64,000 bases of DNA, taken from the NCBI GenBank assembly GCA_024236095.1, contig JACKLD010000013.1, positions 142,368 through 206,367 on the forward strand, written 5' to 3'. Every line of letters begins with the position of its first letter. The first letter of the stretch is position 1. Shown piece after piece: positions 1-8,536 of this stretch. Made by a program: the position numbers and the translations under genes. The DNA comes from Pseudomonadaceae bacterium. Lineage in GTDB: Bacteria > Pseudomonadota > Alphaproteobacteria > UBA2136 > UBA6156. The notes beneath the pieces are model-generated. The model did no database searches. It saw only the letters and a list, made by a program, of their open reading frames with translations, and was not told the origin of the DNA.

Positions 1-2034
1 CACCGCCGCTTCGTGCTCGACCATTTCGGCCACCGTGGCGATGTTTTTCTGTTTGGCCAAATCGGCCATCGCCTTCACGAATCCTTGGTCTTCTTCGCTG
101 TTGTGCAGGTTGCGCACAAAACTTCCGTCAATCTTGATGTAATCCACCTCCAGCTGGCGGATGTAGGTCAGGCTGGAATAGCCCACCCCGCAGTCGTCCA
201 GCGCGAAACCGGCGCCAACCTGCTTCAGCTTGCCCATCACCTGCTTCACCAGTTGCAGGTCGCGCAGCAGGGCGGTTTCGGTGAGTTCCAGCACCAGCGT
301 GCCGCGTGGCAGCTTGGCGCCTTCCAGCAGGTAGGCAATCTCTTCGAACAGGCTTTCGTCCTCGAAGCTCTTGGCCGAAAGGTTGACGCTCAGTTTGATG
401 GGCCGTCCGACAGCATGATAGTGCTGCAAGGCCTTGACTGCCCGCGTCACCACCGCACGGTCCAGCTTGGTGATGAGGCCGAATTCCTCGGCCACGCTGA
501 TGAAGCGGATCGCCGGAATCAACGCGCCGGACTCATCCACCATGCGCACCAGCGCCTCGTAGTACTCGCCTTGCAGACGGCCGGAAATCGGCACGATGGG
601 CTGATAATGCAGTTGCAGGTAGTGCTCGGGGTCGTCCAGCGCCTTGCCCACCAGCGCCGCCCATTCCAGCTGGCCGCTCACGGCGCCGCTTGGGCGGGCT
701 TCCGGATTGTAGCGCTCCATGCGGTTGGGGCCGCGCTCCTTGGCCAGCATCAGTGCATCGCTGGCGCGGGCCAGAAGTTCGTCGGCGTCGTCGGCATCGG
801 TGGGGTACATCGCCGCGCCGCCGGAAACGGTGACCATCAACGGCCCGTTGCTGTGCTGGAACGGCCGCGCCGCCAGCGTGCCCTGAATGCGCTCCAGCCG
901 CGCCGCCAAATCGTCGGCGCGCAGGTCGCGCAGCAGCAGGGCGAACTGGTCGCCGTCCAGCCGCGCCACCGCATCGCCGGTGCGGATGCTGTCTTTCAAT
1001 ACCTGCGCCACATGGGCCAGCAGCTTGTCGCCCACCCCGTGGCCGTGGGTCTGGTTGGTGTAGGCGAAGTGGTCGAGGTCAAGCACTACCAGCGCGCCGC
1101 CGCGTTTCTCGCGCTTGGCACTGCGCAGCGTGCGCGCCAATTCGTCCATGAAGCGCGCGCGGTTGGTAATGCCGGTCAATGGGTCGTTGTTGGCCAAATA
1201 ATACAGCTGGTCGGTGCTGGCTTTTTGTGCCGAGATATCCCGTGCAATGCCCCTGAAACCCACCAGTCGCCCGGCGCCGTCGACCACCGGTACGCCCGAG
1301 ACGCTCCAGCAATAGCGGGTGCCGTGGCTGTCGCTGCTCCAGTAGTCGCGGTCATGAAAGGGGCTGGGCTGGGCCACCAGCGCGGCGAAATCATCCTCGA
1401 TCCGCAGCTTTTCCTCCGGCATGAAGCAGTCCACAAAACGGCTGCCTTTGCCTGCGCCCGCCAAGGGGCGCTTGCGGCTGCTGGAGAAGGTGAGGGTCAG
1501 GCTGCTGTCCACCTCCCACAGCCAGTCGGCAAATTGGTTGGCCATGTCGGTAAAGCGCTGCTGCGCCATGTCGTACATGCCTTGCAGGCGCATCATGCCG
1601 TGGCGCAGGGTTTGCGCGGCTTGCGCGGCATGGATCAGATCGTCCAGCAGGGCAGGGGTCAAGTCCGTATCGGGCCCGATGGCCAGCAGTCCTGCGTTGC
1701 GCGCCGCCTCGCGCACCTCGCGATTGTCGGAAAGCACCACCACCGCGCTGGCGTGGGCTTGCAAACTGCCCAGCCAGATCTCAACGTCATCGTTCATGTA
1801 GGGCAGGTGGGCCAGCACCAGTTCTGCCGCCAAACCGGGCTGTGGGTTGGTAAACAGTTGCGGCTGGCAGGTGGAATACGCCCCGCCGCCCACCTTGAGA
1901 AGTTGGTGCAACCGCGCCGCCCCCTCGTCGGAAGGAGAAAAAAGCACGCAAGAGGAGCCGTCCCCACCCATCCCTTGCTTATGGGGGGGCGTACTGTCGC
2001 TTCCTGACGCGGTGTTGTTGTTTTTGGGCGTCAT
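1..2034 (-). CDS. PAS-GGDEF-EAL c-di-GMP signalling protein, 3' end beyond window start; GGDEF motif degenerate (LDGDQF), EAL motif present (YEALVR)
   Basis: Minus-strand frame antisense to listed ORF 13..2007 translates as ...RYCWSVSGVPVVDGAGRLVGFRGIARDISAQK (PAS-like)...LANNDPLTGITNRARFMDEL...VARLDGDQFALLLRDL (GGDEF fold)...HYQPIVPISGRLQGEYYEALVRM...LVLELTETALLRD (EAL fold). The first in-frame ATG after the upstream stop (plus 2077-2079) is at 2034, with 1971 as an alternative. The ORF was not listed because it runs off the window edge. Confidence 0.8.
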   Translation of the reverse strand, partial: MTPKNNNTASGSDSTPPHKQGMGGDGSSCVLFSPSDEGAARLHQLLKVGGGAYSTCQPQLFTNPQPGLAAELVLAHLPYMNDDVEIWLGSLQAHASAVVVLSDNREVREAARNAGLLAIGPDTDLTPALLDDLIHAAQAAQTLRHGMMRLQGMYDMAQQRFTDMANQFADWLWEVDSSLTLTFSSSRKRPLAGAGKGSRFVDCFMPEEKLRIEDDFAALVAQPSPFHDRDYWSSDSHGTRYCWSVSGVPVVDGAGRLVGFRGIARDISAQKASTDQLYYLANNDPLTGITNRARFMDELARTLRSAKREKRGGALVVLDLDHFAYTNQTHGHGVGDKLLAHVAQVLKDSIRTGDAVARLDGDQFALLLRDLRADDLAARLERIQGTLAARPFQHSNGPLMVTVSGGAAMYPTDADDADELLARASDALMLAKERGPNRMERYNPEARPSGAVSGQLEWAALVGKALDDPEHYLQLHYQPIVPISGRLQGEYYEALVRMVDESGALIPAIRFISVAEEFGLITKLDRAVVTRAVKALQHYHAVGRPIKLSVNLSAKSFEDESLFEEIAYLLEGAKLPRGTLVLELTETALLRDLQLVKQVMGKLKQVGAGFALDDCGVGYSSLTYIRQLEVDYIKIDGSFVRNLHNSEEDQGFVKAMADLAKQKNIATVAEMVEHEAAV

Positions 2035-2147
2035 AATGCCGCCAGTGTGGAAGCAATGCCCTGCAAACGCAAGCTACACGGGCCAGCACATCCTATCCCC
2101 TGTGACAAACTTTCCTGTTTGGAATGGAGGGATGAGCGCCGCTGGCC

Positions 2148-2180
2148 AAAACAAAGCCCTCATTCCGAGGGCTTTGTTTT
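2148..2180. terminator. Bidirectional hairpin (13-bp perfect stem aaaacaaagccctc/gagggctttgtttt, loop attcc) with flanking T-run on the minus-strand reading
   Basis: Perfect inverted repeat read directly; lies 10 bp downstream of the minus-strand CDS ending at 2191. Confidence 0.6.
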
Positions 2181-2190
2181 GGAGCCGTGC

Positions 2191-2919
2191 TCACTTCACC
2201 ACCACGTTCGGCCCCTTGGCGCGCGCGTCCGCCAGCTTTTGGTCAATCTGGTACAACATGCCGGCCATGTCGGCGGCGGCGGGGTCGCCGCTTTGCACCA
2301 GCGCGCCCAGCATGGTCATCTTCACCTCGCCGAAGCTGAGCTTGTAGCTTTTATCAATGCCCTTGCGGATACGCTCGCCCAGTACCAGCGCGCCCTTGAT
2401 GTCGGTTTCGGGCAGCACTGCCATGATGGTGCGCTCGCCGGTGCGGCCCGCGCTGTCGGAATCACGGATGGCGCGCTTCACCACGCGGGCGGCTTCGGCC
2501 ACCAGCAGGTCCATGTCTTCCTGCGCGAAATGTTTGATGTCCGGGTTGCTGGTAAAGGGGTCAAGCTCGATGGCCAGCACGGTAAACGGGTTATCGTAGC
2601 GTCCGGCGCGTTGCAGCTCTTTCTCCAGCAGGTGGAACAGGTAACGGCGGCTGAACAGCTGGCTCACCTCGTCGTACGCCATCATGTCGCGCAGGTATTT
2701 TACGGCACTTTCCAGCGCCTTGCCGCTGCGCTCCAGCGTGATGACCAGGTCGGTGATCTTGGCCATCTCCTCGCGGCTGATGGAGATGTTGCCGTTGGAA
2801 AGCGTGAGTCGTACCTTGTTGGTTTTCACCCGGTTGATAAAGGTTTCCGCTTCCTCCAGCGAGGCTTCGATGTCGCGGATGGTGCGGATGTCGTGCAAAA
2901 TGCCGGGGGCGTCTTTCAT
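2191..2919 (-). CDS. Degenerate GGDEF-domain protein (GGEEF replaced by TGERT), likely a c-di-GMP receptor/regulator rather than a cyclase
   Basis: ORF 2191..3120; the GGDEF fold is recognisable (YDEVSQLFSRRYLFHLLEKELQRAGRYDNPFTVLAIELDPF...AGRTGERTIMAVLPETDIKGALVLGERIRKGID) but the catalytic motif is not conserved. Start chosen at ATG 2919 (MKDAPGILHD); in-frame ATGs at 3000 and 3120 are alternatives. Confidence 0.7.
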   Translation of the reverse strand: MKDAPGILHDIRTIRDIEASLEEAETFINRVKTNKVRLTLSNGNISISREEMAKITDLVITLERSGKALESAVKYLRDMMAYDEVSQLFSRRYLFHLLEKELQRAGRYDNPFTVLAIELDPFTSNPDIKHFAQEDMDLLVAEAARVVKRAIRDSDSAGRTGERTIMAVLPETDIKGALVLGERIRKGIDKSYKLSFGEVKMTMLGALVQSGDPAAADMAGMLYQIDQKLADARAKGPNVVVK

Positions 2920-3071
2920 GGCAGCGGGCGGGCCTTTTTGGTGCGGTTTTGTTGTTGCGCGGGGCTTTTTTGTCAGTATGGCCACGCAAATTGGCCGCAT
3001 TGTGCTACCGTGCACGCGGGGTGGCAAGCCCCCTTTGCGATTTTTCACAATCTTTTCATTGTTTCGCAACT

Positions 3072-3088
3072 TGGCACAGAGCGTGCAT
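3072..3088 (+). promoter_or_regulatory. Sigma54-type -24/-12 promoter (TGGCAC-agagc-GTGCA) upstream of flgFG
   Basis: GG at 3073-3074 and GC at 3085-3086 are 12 nt apart, matching the TGGCAC-N5-TTGCW consensus; it lies about 65 nt upstream of the flgF GTG. Confidence 0.5.
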
Positions 3089-3153
3089 TGCCTGTGCCAC
3101 AAGGGCGGTGCCGTGGGCACAGGCGCCTACGGCAACAACTAAGGAGACACCCC

Positions 3154-3882
3154 GTGCAAGAGCTCGCCATCCTCGCGTCCCGTGCGATGACCACGATGCG
3201 CAAGTTCAACGCGGTGAGCGACAACATTGCCAACATCAACACCGACGGCTACCGCCGCAAGGATTACGAGTTCAAGGAGCTGGTCAGCCGCCCCGACGGC
3301 ATCAACCCCACCGCCAGCTACGTGGGCGACCGCGCCGTGATTATCGATTACAGCGACGGCGTGCTCACCGAAACCGGCAACCCGTTCAATGCCGCCATTG
3401 GCGGCGAGGGCTTCTTTGCGGTGGACGTCAACGGCACCACCCAATACACCCGCCGCGGACATTTCCTGATGGCCACCGACGGCACGCTGGTGACGCCGGA
3501 GGGCCACCCCGTGCTGGATAACTCCGGCGGGCAGATCCAGCTGCCGCCCGACACCACGCAGGTGATTATCGGCCGCGACGGCAGCATTGCCACCGAACAG
3601 GGGCAAATCGGCCGTCTCGGCGTGTTTGGCTTCAGCGATGAGGACAAGGGCTTGCTGCAACGGGCCGGAAATACAGGGTTCATTCCCACCCAGGGTGCCA
3701 GTGCCCAGCCGTTGGAAAACCCGGTGGTCTACCAAGGCAAAATCGAGGCCAGCAACGTGAGCCCCGTCATGGAAATGGTGACCATGCAAGACGTCGCCCG
3801 TTCTTACCAAAGCGCGGTGCGTGCCTTGCGCGGGCTGGAAGACACCGAACAACGCGCCATCCGTACCTTGGCACCCCAATAA
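3154..3882 (+). CDS. flgF: Flagellar basal-body rod protein FlgF
   Basis: C-terminal 243 codons of listed ORF 2047..3882. It has rod-protein N- and C-terminal motifs (SDNIANINTDGYRR...VSPVMEMVTMQDVARSYQS). RBS aaggaga at 3141-3147 precedes GTG 3154. The 5' part of the long ORF is antisense shadow of the GGDEF gene. Confidence 0.85.
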   Translation: MQELAILASRAMTTMRKFNAVSDNIANINTDGYRRKDYEFKELVSRPDGINPTASYVGDRAVIIDYSDGVLTETGNPFNAAIGGEGFFAVDVNGTTQYTRRGHFLMATDGTLVTPEGHPVLDNSGGQIQLPPDTTQVIIGRDGSIATEQGQIGRLGVFGFSDEDKGLLQRAGNTGFIPTQGASAQPLENPVVYQGKIEASNVSPVMEMVTMQDVARSYQSAVRALRGLEDTEQRAIRTLAPQ

Positions 3883-3918
3883 CAACCATGAAGCATTGAG
3901 CGAAGGAGACCCAACCCC

Positions 3919-4701
3919 ATGATGCAAGCCCTGCGAATCGCCGCCACCGGGATGCACGCCCAGCAGCTGAACGTGGACGTGCTTTCCAACAACATCGCCA
4001 ACCTGAACACCACCGGCTTCAAACAGCAGATGACCGCGTTTGAAGACCTCATATATCTCAACAAGGTGGGGGTGGGTGCCATTACCAGCAGCGCAGGCAC
4101 GGTGTCGCCCACCGGTTTGCAAATCGGCTTGGGGGTGAATACCGGCAGCGTGTACAAGGTGATGCAACAAGGCACCCTGCTGAACACCGGCAACAACTTC
4201 GATATCGCCGTCTCCGGCCGTGGCTTCATGAAGGTGACCATGCCCGACGGCACCACCGCCTACACCCGCGACGGCTCGTTCCAGATCAACCAGGACGGCG
4301 ATCTGGTCACCAAGGAAGGCTATCTGGTGGACCCCGCCATCAACGTGCCCGCCAATGCGGTCGACTTCACCGTCACCGAAACCGGCGTGGCCTCGGCCAA
4401 CATCGATGGCACGGTGACCGAACTGGGCACCATCACGCTGGCGATGTTCACCAACGAGGCCGGGCTCCGCAACGTCGGTGATAACTTCTATGTGGAAACC
4501 GAAGCCAGCGGCACCCCCACCGACACCAACCCCACCGAGCAGGGCTCCGGCAGCATCCGCCAGGGGTTTTTGGAGCAAAGCAACGTCGACCCGATTGAAA
4601 GCATCACCCGCCTGATCACCGCCCAGCGCGCGTATGAGCTGAACAGCAAGATCATCACCACGGCCGATGAAATGCTGCGCACGCTCACGCAGGTGACCTG
4701 A
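3919..4701 (+). CDS. flgG: Flagellar basal-body rod protein FlgG
   Basis: 260 aa; MMQALRIAATGMHAQQLNVDVLSNNIANLNTTGFK...ITAQRAYELNSKIITTADEML; RBS gaaggaga upstream. Confidence 0.92.
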   Translation: MMQALRIAATGMHAQQLNVDVLSNNIANLNTTGFKQQMTAFEDLIYLNKVGVGAITSSAGTVSPTGLQIGLGVNTGSVYKVMQQGTLLNTGNNFDIAVSGRGFMKVTMPDGTTAYTRDGSFQINQDGDLVTKEGYLVDPAINVPANAVDFTVTETGVASANIDGTVTELGTITLAMFTNEAGLRNVGDNFYVETEASGTPTDTNPTEQGSGSIRQGFLEQSNVDPIESITRLITAQRAYELNSKIITTADEMLRTLTQVT

Positions 4702-4719
4702 TGAGGTAGGCTTGCCCGA

Positions 4720-4750
4720 CACAACCGCCGGCTGGCGGTTGTGTTGTTCC
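4720..4750 (+). terminator. Putative intrinsic terminator after flgG (cacaaccgcc ggct ggcggttgtg then tgttcc)
   Basis: 10-bp perfect stem with 4-nt loop 19 nt after the flgG stop; the T-tract is weak. Confidence 0.45.
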
Positions 4751-4786
4751 GGCCGTTGCTTGATGTCATCCCGTTAAACTTGTAGA

Positions 4787-5356
4787 TTGGCGGCCATGCA
4801 CCTCCTCGTCGGCCTCGGTAACCCGGGTAAAGAGTACCAAAACACCCGCCACAACATTGGCTGGATGGTGCTGGATGCCATCCACGATGCCCATGGTTTC
4901 CCACCATGGCAGGCCAAGTTCAAGGGGCAGTACAGCAAGCACACCGTGGAGGGCCACGGCGTGGTGCTTTTAAAACCCCATACCTACATGAACCTCTCCG
5001 GCCAAAGCGTGCAGCCAGCGGCTACCTTCTTCAAGATTGCCCCCGACCACATCACCGCCATCCACGATGAACTCGACCTGCCGTTCCTTGCCCTGCGCCA
5101 CAAAACCGGCGGCGGCGATGCCGGTCACAACGGCCTCAAGTCCATCACTGCGGCGCTGGGGCCCAATTACCACCGCCTGCGTATCGGCATCGGCCGCCCC
5201 GTGCATAAATCCGATGTCTCCAACTATGTCCTCCACCCCTTCACCGCCGCCGAGGCGCTGGAGGTCAGCCAAGCCACCACCCGCATTGCCGAACATTTAC
5301 CGCTATTGCTGGATGACCCCAAGGCATTGCTGGACAAATTGGCTGCAAACCAGTAA
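4787..5356 (+). CDS. pth: Peptidyl-tRNA hydrolase
   Basis: 189 aa; [25 protein letters not shown]...HNGLKSI; start may be the second ATG at 4796 ([11 protein letters not shown]). Confidence 0.92.
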   Translation: MAAMHLLVGLGNPGKEYQNTRHNIGWMVLDAIHDAHGFPPWQAKFKGQYSKHTVEGHGVVLLKPHTYMNLSGQSVQPAATFFKIAPDHITAIHDELDLPFLALRHKTGGGDAGHNGLKSITAALGPNYHRLRIGIGRPVHKSDVSNYVLHPFTAAEALEVSQATTRIAEHLPLLLDDPKALLDKLAANQ

Positions 5357-5384
5357 ACCGCCTCCAGTAAACGAAAGACACTCC

Positions 5385-6464
5385 ATGGGCTTTTCTTGCG
5401 GCATCGTCGGCCTTCCCAACGTCGGCAAATCCACCCTGTTCAATGCGCTGACCCAAACCGCCAGCGCGCAGGCGGCCAACTTTCCGTTTTGCACCATCGA
5501 GCCCAACGTGGGCCGCGTGGCGGTGCCGGACGACCGTATGGACAAGCTGGCCGCCATCGTCAAGCCCAACCGCGTGGTGCCCACCAGCTTGGAATTCGTG
5601 GACATTGCGGGGCTGGTGGCGGGCGCCAGCAAGGGTGAAGGGCTGGGCAACCAGTTTTTGGCCAACATCCGCGAGACCGACGCCATTGCCCACGTTGTCC
5701 GGTGTTTTGAAGGCGAAGTCACCCACGTGGCAGGCAATGTCGACCCGCTGCGCGACATCGAAGTGATTGAAACCGAACTGATGCTCGCCGACCTTGCCAG
5801 TGTTGAAAAACGTATCCCCAATATCGAGAAAAAAGCCAAGGGCGGTGATAAATCCGCGCAGGAAGAACTGGCTGCGCTGAAAGAGGTGGAAACCCTGTTG
5901 GCCGCAGGCAAGCCCGCCCGTCTGGCGCCCGAGGCTGCCGCCAAAATCCAAGGCCTCATCACTGCCAAGCCGGTGCTTTATGTGGCCAACGTGGGGGAAG
6001 GGGACGCCGCCACCGGCAACGCCTTGTCCGCCAAAGTAGAGGACTACGCGAAGGCCAACAACGCCAGTTGCGTGGTCATCTCCGCCGAAATTGAAAGCGA
6101 AATCGCCCAACTGCCCGATGCCGACCGCGCCGAATTTTTAGAGACCCTCGGCCTCGCCGAACCCGCGCTGAACAAACTCATCCGCGCAGGCTACGGCTTG
6201 CTGGGCCTCATTACCTACTTCACTGCAGGCGTACAAGAGGTGCGGGCCTGGACGGTACGCCAAAACAGCACCGCCCCCATCGCCGCAGGCGCCATCCACA
6301 CCGACTTCACCAAGGGGTTCATCAAGGCGGAAACTATCGCCTACACCGATTTCATCGCCCACAATGGCGAAGACGGCGCCAAAGCCGCCGGCAAACTGCG
6401 CATGGAAGGCAAGGACTACATCGTGCAAGATGGCGATGTGCTGCATTTCCGGTTTAATGTGTAA
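5385..6464 (+). CDS. ychF: Ribosome-binding ATPase YchF (Obg family)
   Basis: [23 protein letters not shown]...C-terminal TGS domain; classic pth-ychF pair; ATG 5385 lies inside listed ORF 5037..6464. Confidence 0.92.
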   Translation: MGFSCGIVGLPNVGKSTLFNALTQTASAQAANFPFCTIEPNVGRVAVPDDRMDKLAAIVKPNRVVPTSLEFVDIAGLVAGASKGEGLGNQFLANIRETDAIAHVVRCFEGEVTHVAGNVDPLRDIEVIETELMLADLASVEKRIPNIEKKAKGGDKSAQEELAALKEVETLLAAGKPARLAPEAAAKIQGLITAKPVLYVANVGEGDAATGNALSAKVEDYAKANNASCVVISAEIESEIAQLPDADRAEFLETLGLAEPALNKLIRAGYGLLGLITYFTAGVQEVRAWTVRQNSTAPIAAGAIHTDFTKGFIKAETIAYTDFIAHNGEDGAKAAGKLRMEGKDYIVQDGDVLHFRFNV

Positions 6465-6470
6465 GTTCCT

Positions 6471-7229
6471 TTGATGACCGACATCACCTCCCCAACCAAC
6501 CCCCGCGTAAAGTCTCTGGCCAAACTGGCCGAGAAAAAACACCGCGCCGAAAGCGGCCTGTTTCTGTTGGAAGGCGAGGAGTACGTACGTACCGCCCTGC
6601 AAACAGGTTGGCAGGTGGAGGAAGTCTGGCACACGGGGGAGGAACCCCCCTCGAACATTCGAACATCGACCATTCGGACATCGACGAGCGTCCTTTCCAA
6701 AATCACCGGCAAACCCAACCCCCAAGCCGTCCTCGGCGTGCTGAAACAACGTTGGAACCCCTTGCCGACCACGCCCCAAGGCCTGTGGCTGGCGCTCGAT
6801 AGACCCCGCGACCCCGGCAACCTCGGCACCATCATCCGCACGGCGGATGCGGTGGGCGCGGCGGGTGTCATCCTCATCGGCGAGGCCACCGACCCCTACG
6901 CGCCGGAATGCGTCCGCGCCACCGTGGGCAGTCTCCTTCATGTGCCATTGGCCGCGTGCAGCGAGGCTGATTTCATCGGCTGGGCCAAGGGCAAACGGGT
7001 CATCGGCACCCACCTCAACGCCACGAAAGACTTCCGCACCTTCAGGGCCGAAGATGCCACCATTCTCCTCATGGGCAACGAAAGCGAGGGCCTTACCGAC
7101 GCCCTTACCAACATTTGCACCTGCTTGGCCAAAATCCCCATGCGCGGCCATACCGAAAGCCTCAACCTCGCCACCGCCACCGCGCTGATGCTGTACCAAC
7201 TGCAAGCCGATAATCTTACCTCGGCCTGA
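6471..7229 (+). CDS. TrmH/SpoU-family RNA 2'-O-methyltransferase (RlmB-like)
   Basis: 252 aa; SpoU methylase motifs (GNLGTIIRTADAVGAAGVILIG...LLMGNESEGL...SLNLATATALMLYQ); contains the short octamer tandem repeat noted separately. Confidence 0.85.
   Translation: MMTDITSPTNPRVKSLAKLAEKKHRAESGLFLLEGEEYVRTALQTGWQVEEVWHTGEEPPSNIRTSTIRTSTSVLSKITGKPNPQAVLGVLKQRWNPLPTTPQGLWLALDRPRDPGNLGTIIRTADAVGAAGVILIGEATDPYAPECVRATVGSLLHVPLAACSEADFIGWAKGKRVIGTHLNATKDFRTFRAEDATILLMGNESEGLTDALTNICTCLAKIPMRGHTESLNLATATALMLYQLQADNLTSA
6651..6690 (+). repeat. Imperfect 8-bp tandem repeat (tcgaacat x2, cgaccat, tcggacat) in the linker of the TrmH-family gene, encoding TSTIRTSTIRTST
   Basis: Direct reading of the sequence. 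Confidence 0.5.
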
Positions 7230-7282
7230 ACACCTTGTCGTTTCCGATGGCATCTTGATACCACGCGCGTTAGCCTCTCTCC

Positions 7283-7840
7283 ATGAACCGCCGCCAATTC
7301 CTTGCCTCGGCCGCCGTGGGCGTGGTTGCCCTCTCCAGCCTCTCAGTCCTTCGCCCGCTGCTGGCCGAGGCTGCCTCGCCCGTTCGTCCGCTTGACCCAC
7401 ACTTGAAAGTACCTGCCATGAAGCCGCTCCGCACCGATGACAACCCCACCCCGCCCGTCACATTGACCGATGCCGAGTGGAAACAACGTCTCAGCCCCCA
7501 AGCCTACAACGTGCTGCGCGGCCATGGCACCGAGCCCGCCCGCAGCAGCCCGTTAGACAAACAGTACGGCCAAGGCACCTACCACTGCGCAGGCTGCGGC
7601 CTCTCGGTGTACGGCAGCGACGCCAAGTTCGACAGCGGCACCGGCTGGCCCAGCTTTTACCAACCGATAGACCCTACCCATATCGGCACCAGCCGCGATT
7701 GGAAACTCATTTACCCCCGTACCGAAGTGCATTGCGCCCGCTGCAAGGGCCATTTGGGGCATGTGTTTGACGACGGCCCGCCGCCCACCGGCAAACGCTA
7801 CTGCATGAACGGCGTGGCCTTGGTGTTCAAACCTGCTTGA
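7283..7840 (+). CDS. msrB: Peptide-methionine (R)-S-oxide reductase MsrB with Tat signal peptide
   Basis: MNRRQFLASAAVGVVAL twin-arginine leader; YHCAGCGLSVYGSDAKFDSGTGWPSF...HCARCKGHLGHVFDDG. Confidence 0.9.
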   Translation: MNRRQFLASAAVGVVALSSLSVLRPLLAEAASPVRPLDPHLKVPAMKPLRTDDNPTPPVTLTDAEWKQRLSPQAYNVLRGHGTEPARSSPLDKQYGQGTYHCAGCGLSVYGSDAKFDSGTGWPSFYQPIDPTHIGTSRDWKLIYPRTEVHCARCKGHLGHVFDDGPPPTGKRYCMNGVALVFKPA

Positions 7841-7923
7841 CAGGTGGCTCCAACCTCGCCATAACTTGGCCCACATGGTTGGTTGGAGGTTGTTCAATCA
7901 ACCTCACCACTGAAGCCTCAGAG

Positions 7924-7945
7924 GTGGCCGCGGGCCACTTTTTTG
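7924..7945 (+). terminator. Intrinsic terminator after msrB (gtggcc gcg ggccac tttttt)
   Basis: 6-bp GC stem plus a T6 run 84 nt after the msrB stop and just upstream of rimP. Confidence 0.6.
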
Positions 7946-7979
7946 TTAGCCGAAAGTGGGTAATGGAGAGAGAACCGAC

Positions 7980-8519
7980 ATGACCACGCTGGATACCAAA
8001 CTGACGCAGATGGCCACCCAAGCCATGGCCGCCCATGGCCTTGCGCTGGTGTGCGCCCGCACCACCGGCGGCGGCAAGTACATGACGGTCCAGGTTCTGG
8101 TCGAGAAGCCCGACGGCAAGGGTGGTTTTGCCAGTCCCACGCTGGACGAATGCACCGCCGCCAGCCGCACCTTGGCCGCGCAGCTGGATGTCGCCGACCT
8201 GATTGCCACCCGCTACACGCTGGAAGTTGGCAGCCCCGGCATGGAGCGCCCGCTGATGTCGGTGGCCGACTGCACCCGTTTTATCGGCAAACAGGCCAAA
8301 TTCAAGTTCAAGCACGGCACGCAAACTGTCGGTGCCGTCACCGGCACCATCGATGCGGTGGAGGGCGAGACCATCACCCTCACCCCCGCCGATGGCACGC
8401 CGCAAACCAGCTTCTCCTTTGCCGACGTGCACGCGGCGCAGCTAAGCCCCAGCGAGGCCGACTACGCCGCTTTCATGAAGCAAAAACCCCGTTCAACCGA
8501 AGATCAACCAACCGAGTAA
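7980..8519 (+). CDS. rimP: Ribosome maturation factor RimP
   Basis: ATG 7980 preceded by ggagagag; the listed ORF begins at GTG 7956; conserved rimP-nusA-infB order. Confidence 0.85.
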   Translation: MTTLDTKLTQMATQAMAAHGLALVCARTTGGGKYMTVQVLVEKPDGKGGFASPTLDECTAASRTLAAQLDVADLIATRYTLEVGSPGMERPLMSVADCTRFIGKQAKFKFKHGTQTVGAVTGTIDAVEGETITLTPADGTPQTSFSFADVHAAQLSPSEADYAAFMKQKPRSTEDQPTE

Positions 8520-8536
8520 CCCCAAGGAGAACCGCC

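Noticed and set aside
13-2007. 664-aa plus-strand ORF
   Set aside because: Amino-acid composition is typical of an antisense read of a high-GC gene (H/Q/G/R/A-rich) with no domains. The minus strand in the same triplet phase encodes a clear PAS-GGDEF-EAL protein.
2047-3882. Single 611-aa ORF
   Set aside because: Only the last 243 codons (from GTG 3154 with a good RBS) encode FlgF. The 5' part is antisense shadow of the degenerate-GGDEF gene.
3139-4722. 527-aa minus-strand ORF
   Set aside because: Antisense shadow of flgF/flgG, which have unambiguous rod-protein motifs on the plus strand.
6651-6690. Octamer tandem repeat as a phase-variation switch in the TrmH-family gene
   Set aside because: Only two perfect units and the unit length is not the kind of long homopolymeric or multi-copy tract that slips; more likely a fossil duplication in a linker.
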